52,028 nt of DNA, taken from Candidatus Parcubacteria bacterium (lineage in GTDB: Bacteria > Patescibacteriota > Minisyncoccia > Phycocordibacterales > UBA5272). The stretch covers positions 1-52,028 of the forward strand of contig JBDKJD010000006.1 of the NCBI GenBank assembly GCA_039796775.1. Reading direction: 5' to 3'. The position numbers were made by a program, and so were the translations under genes. Positions 48,772 through 52,028 of this stretch are shown here, in pieces. The notes under the pieces were generated by a model that saw only the letters and a list, made by a program, of their open reading frames with translations, was not told the origin of the DNA and ran no database searches. The number at the start of each line of letters is the position of its first letter. Positions within the stretch are counted from its first letter, which is position 1.

Positions 48772-51700
48772 ATGAGTATAGAGTCTTTTTTCATACAACT
48801 GTCTAAGAACATCATAGCGTTTTTCTTTGGTCTGATACTCTCTGTTTCATATCTTTCCGCAGCTCCAGCTCCTGCTACTATTGCATATCAAGGATATCTC
48901 ACTACTTCTTCATCTACTCCAGCTTCAGGTACAGCTTCAGCTATCATCCGTATCTATGATGCTCAAACAGGTGGAGTATTACTCTTTGAAGAAGTACATC
49001 CGTCTACTACCGTTACTGGTGGATACTTCTCACTTGCTATCGGATCTGTAGGAGATATAAATGGCGTCACTACAGCTACTAGTATCAATGACTTAACCTT
49101 CTCTTCCCAGTATTACTTCACTGTAGAATTACAAGCTCCTTTCTCTACAGGTGAGATGACCTTATCTGGAGGACTACGTTCAGCATTCCAAGCTGCACCA
49201 TATGCTCAAGTATCCTACGGAGCTCTACAAGCCACATCATCTCTTGGTCTTGCTACACAGAAGGGGAGAATGTATTTCAACACCGGAGACAATCTTCTCT
49301 ATGTGTACAACGGTACATCATGGAATGCCTTAACTGCAGGATCAGGTATTGCTTCCCTTAATGGATTAACAGGAGCTTCTCAACTCTTCACTGTTTCTTC
49401 CTCTGGAAATGACGTCACTCTCATCTCTACTGGTACCACTCATACGCTTAGTATTCCTAACGCTGGAGCAACAAGTAGAGGAGTGGTATCAACGGGTACT
49501 CAAACATTTGCAGGTGACAAGACATTCACAGGAACTACCACGATTGCCTCTCTTGTTGTATCAGCACTTTCTTCTTTGACTAACCTCCTCTTCACTTCAG
49601 CTACAGGGACCACACTCACCATCACTGGTACCTCAACACTTGCTACCACAACAGCGTCTTCACTTACAGCTAACGAACTCACTACTACCTCAGCTACCTC
49701 CACCAACTTCTTCTCCACTCTCTTAAACGCTGTCACTTCTGTATTCACTAACTTAACCACTACTAACGCCACCACTACCAATCTCGTAGCGTTAGGCACC
49801 TCAACGCTTGCCACCACCTCTGCATCCCAGCTAACAGCTAACAACCTAACAGCTAATAGCTTGTCTGTTACTAACTCCCTTTCTTCATCTGGTAATACTC
49901 TCACCTCTAACATCGGAGGCTCAGTAGGTACTTCCACCATCATCACCTCAAATGTCGCTTCCTCATCTGCTAACTTCTTCCAAACAATCGTTAATGGTAT
50001 CTCTTCTTCTATTGCTTCCATCATCAACTCTTTCACACAGTCCACAGCAGGTAATATCCTCACTACGACAATCAATGGCCTCACTGCTACCACATCAGTC
50101 ATCACCAGTAACTCCCTCTCTACCTCTGGCGCTACTCTCACCACCACCATTAACGGCGTAGCTACCACAACTGATCTTACTAATCTTGTAGCATCCTCTA
50201 CTTCTAACACTCTCACTGTATCTACAAGTACCAACTCCTTCACCCTCACTTCAATAGTTAATGGTAAGACTGCTACTACAACTGCATCTTTCCTTAACTC
50301 AAATGATCTTTCATCTGCAGTAAACACACTTACCTCTACAATCAATGGACTCGCTACTTCTACATCCATCATCAATTCCTCAACGCTTTCAGCTAACGCA
50401 GGAGTAGTGACTACCATCATTAACGGAGTTACTGCTACCACCTCAGTCTCTAATCTCTATACCTTCCTCGCATCATCGACTAACTCTAATCTAGTTATTG
50501 CAACCACCTCAGCTGGAGTAGTTACGTACACGCTTACTGATACGCCAACATTCTCCTCAACTACAGTGACAGGACAGGCCAACTTTAACAATGCGTCTGC
50601 TACTAACCTCACCACTAACCAACTAGTCACTAACGGGCTAACTGCTACCTCAGCTACCTCCACCAACTTCTTCTCCACTCTCTTAAACGCTGTCACTTCT
50701 GTATTCACTAATCTCACTGCTGCTAACGCTACTACGACTAATCTTACTTTTGTTAATGCTACTGGAACAAATCTTGTCACTTCGGGGACAACCACCTTAG
50801 CGGTCAATGGAGGGTATGTTGGTATAGGAACTACCTCACCACGAAGACTTCTTGATATCGCCACAAATAGGCCTGAAGATTTTCAAATACGTTTCCTAAA
50901 TACAAGTACATCGTCTGCGGCTTATGCTGAGTTACGTGTAGGTAATGATACAGTCAACACGTATATAGGCAGTGCGAACAATAATTACTCAGATCCACTC
51001 TTCGCTGGTCGTGGTTGGATCTATAACACAGCTCATAACTCAGGGCTTAATTTAATGGCGGTTGGTTTTAATTCAGACCTTCGTTTCTTTACGAGAGATT
51101 CAGGTTCTGCTCTTGAAAGAATGAGAATCTCAAGCTCCGGTAATTTAAGTATTGGAACCACGTCAACAAGCTCTTACCTCACCGTTCAATCTCTTGCAGG
51201 AATAGATCCAGTAAGAGTGTCCTCATCTTCAGGGGTAGCTCTCTTTTCTGTCTTACAGTCAGGTTTAGTCACCTTTACCAACGCTTCTGCTACAGCACTT
51301 ACTGCTACTACTCTCTATGGATCACTCATTGGTACCACAGGGTCTTTCTCTTCTACACTTAACGTGACAGGGAATACCACTTTAACTAACGCATCTACCA
51401 CCAATCTCTCAACATCTGGTCTCTTTAATGTACTAGGGACATCAACACTTGCCACCACTACCGCATCCTCTCTCACCACTAACGGCCTCTCTTTCCTAAA
51501 TGCATCTTCAACCGGTGGTCTCACCCTCGCATCACTCTTTGGTGCTAACTTAACCGCGTGTAATACATCAACTGAGAAACTTCTCTGGTCTAATGGAACA
51601 TTCACTTGTGGAGTAGACGCTGGTGGAGTAGGGGGGACTATTACTTCACTTAATGGCTCAACAGTTGCATCCCAAACCCTAGCTACCTCTACACTCTCTA

Positions 51701-52028
51701 CCGTAGGACTCGATCTCCTCATTGTCTCTTCATCTACTACAGGAGTTCACACCTTCTCACTCTCTCCTCAAGCTGGATATGTTATCCCTCTAACCTCCTC
51801 ATCTACTAACTGGAACAACTTCTACAATACCCCAGTATCTTACCTAACAGCTGGAGCAAACATTCTCTTCTCTTCTACATCCACCATTGCACTTAACCCT
51901 AATGTATCTGTCACTTCCATTACTTCTACTAATGCATCCACTACTAACTTTACCTCATCTGGTCAGAGCTATCTTAACAATGCGTCTACTACCAACCTTA
52001 GTGTGTCCAACAGTCTCCAGTCTTCTAG
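48772..52028 (+). CDS. Giant Thr/Ser/Asn-rich secreted surface protein (beta-strand repeat, tail-fibre/adhesin-like), >1085 aa, 3'-partial
   Basis: ATG 48772 MSIESFFIQLSKNIIAFFFGLILSVSYLSAAP signal peptide; IAYQGYL...IRIYDAQTGG N-domain; VGIGTTSP and ERMRI.SSGN..IGT motifs; NASTT-type repeats. The frame has no stop before the window end, so it is absent from the ORF track. Confidence 0.88.
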   Translation, partial: MSIESFFIQLSKNIIAFFFGLILSVSYLSAAPAPATIAYQGYLTTSSSTPASGTASAIIRIYDAQTGGVLLFEEVHPSTTVTGGYFSLAIGSVGDINGVTTATSINDLTFSSQYYFTVELQAPFSTGEMTLSGGLRSAFQAAPYAQVSYGALQATSSLGLATQKGRMYFNTGDNLLYVYNGTSWNALTAGSGIASLNGLTGASQLFTVSSSGNDVTLISTGTTHTLSIPNAGATSRGVVSTGTQTFAGDKTFTGTTTIASLVVSALSSLTNLLFTSATGTTLTITGTSTLATTTASSLTANELTTTSATSTNFFSTLLNAVTSVFTNLTTTNATTTNLVALGTSTLATTSASQLTANNLTANSLSVTNSLSSSGNTLTSNIGGSVGTSTIITSNVASSSANFFQTIVNGISSSIASIINSFTQSTAGNILTTTINGLTATTSVITSNSLSTSGATLTTTINGVATTTDLTNLVASSTSNTLTVSTSTNSFTLTSIVNGKTATTTASFLNSNDLSSAVNTLTSTINGLATSTSIINSSTLSANAGVVTTIINGVTATTSVSNLYTFLASSTNSNLVIATTSAGVVTYTLTDTPTFSSTTVTGQANFNNASATNLTTNQLVTNGLTATSATSTNFFSTLLNAVTSVFTNLTAANATTTNLTFVNATGTNLVTSGTTTLAVNGGYVGIGTTSPRRLLDIATNRPEDFQIRFLNTSTSSAAYAELRVGNDTVNTYIGSANNNYSDPLFAGRGWIYNTAHNSGLNLMAVGFNSDLRFFTRDSGSALERMRISSSGNLSIGTTSTSSYLTVQSLAGIDPVRVSSSSGVALFSVLQSGLVTFTNASATALTATTLYGSLIGTTGSFSSTLNVTGNTTLTNASTTNLSTSGLFNVLGTSTLATTTASSLTTNGLSFLNASSTGGLTLASLFGANLTACNTSTEKLLWSNGTFTCGVDAGGVGGTITSLNGSTVASQTLATSTLSTVGLDLLIVSSSTTGVHTFSLSPQAGYVIPLTSSSTNWNNFYNTPVSYLTAGANILFSSTSTIALNPNVSVTSITSTNASTTNFTSSGQSYLNNASTTNLSVSNSLQSS
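49685..50711 (+). repeat. Identical 67-bp direct repeat within the surface-protein gene (49685-49751 and 50645-50711)
   Basis: CTACCTCAGCTACCTCCACCAACTTCTTCTCCACTCTCTTAAACGCTGTCACTTCTGTATTCACTAA occurs twice, 960 bp apart and in frame. Confidence 0.9.

Noticed and set aside
49685-50711. Diversity-generating retroelement template/variable repeat pair
   Set aside because: The two copies are identical with no adenine-specific differences, and no reverse transcriptase is present in the window.
49500-51722. Val/Glu-rich minus-strand ORFs 49500-50441, 50457-50864 and 51315-51722
   Set aside because: They are antisense shadows of the biased Thr/Ser codons of the plus-strand surface protein.

Overview
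Bacterial chromosome segment with hallmarks of Patescibacteria/CPR (inferred from the type IV pilus cluster without a PilQ secretin, tRNA genes lacking encoded CCA, many genes with no obvious Shine-Dalgarno, and a giant Thr/Ser-rich surface protein). Bases 1-~13.96 kb are an AT-rich island abutting the 3' end of tRNA-Glu(CTC). It holds a partial membrane-protein gene missed by the ORF track, a Com-like zinc-ribbon protein, a structured leader, a ParB-fused DNA methyltransferase, terminase small and large subunits with no portal or capsid genes after them, a membrane-anchored thermonuclease behind a candidate structured RNA, a large serine recombinase, and a dnmA(yeeA)-yeeB-yeeC-type methyltransferase/helicase/GIY-YIG operon. 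The rest is backbone: mscL, comF plus a pilM-to-minor-pilin cluster, ligA-gatC-gatA, trhO, prmC, a DEAD-box helicase, peroxiredoxin, a flavodoxin-like reductase and a partial giant surface protein (also missed by the ORF track). The strongest non-coding signal is a family of covarying structured elements built into degenerate copies of tRNA T-arms/3' ends beside tRNA-Glu, tRNA-Ser, tRNA-fMet and tRNA-Asp. At tRNA-Met they form a tandem array, and at tRNA-Asp they bracket a single self-contained gene like a cassette. Also seen: heptamer repeat arrays, a REP-like palindrome translated inside prmC, a 66-bp perfect palindrome, and a tRNA(CAU) with a swapped A54/U58 T-loop. All calls come from reading the sequence; no searches or folding programs were run.
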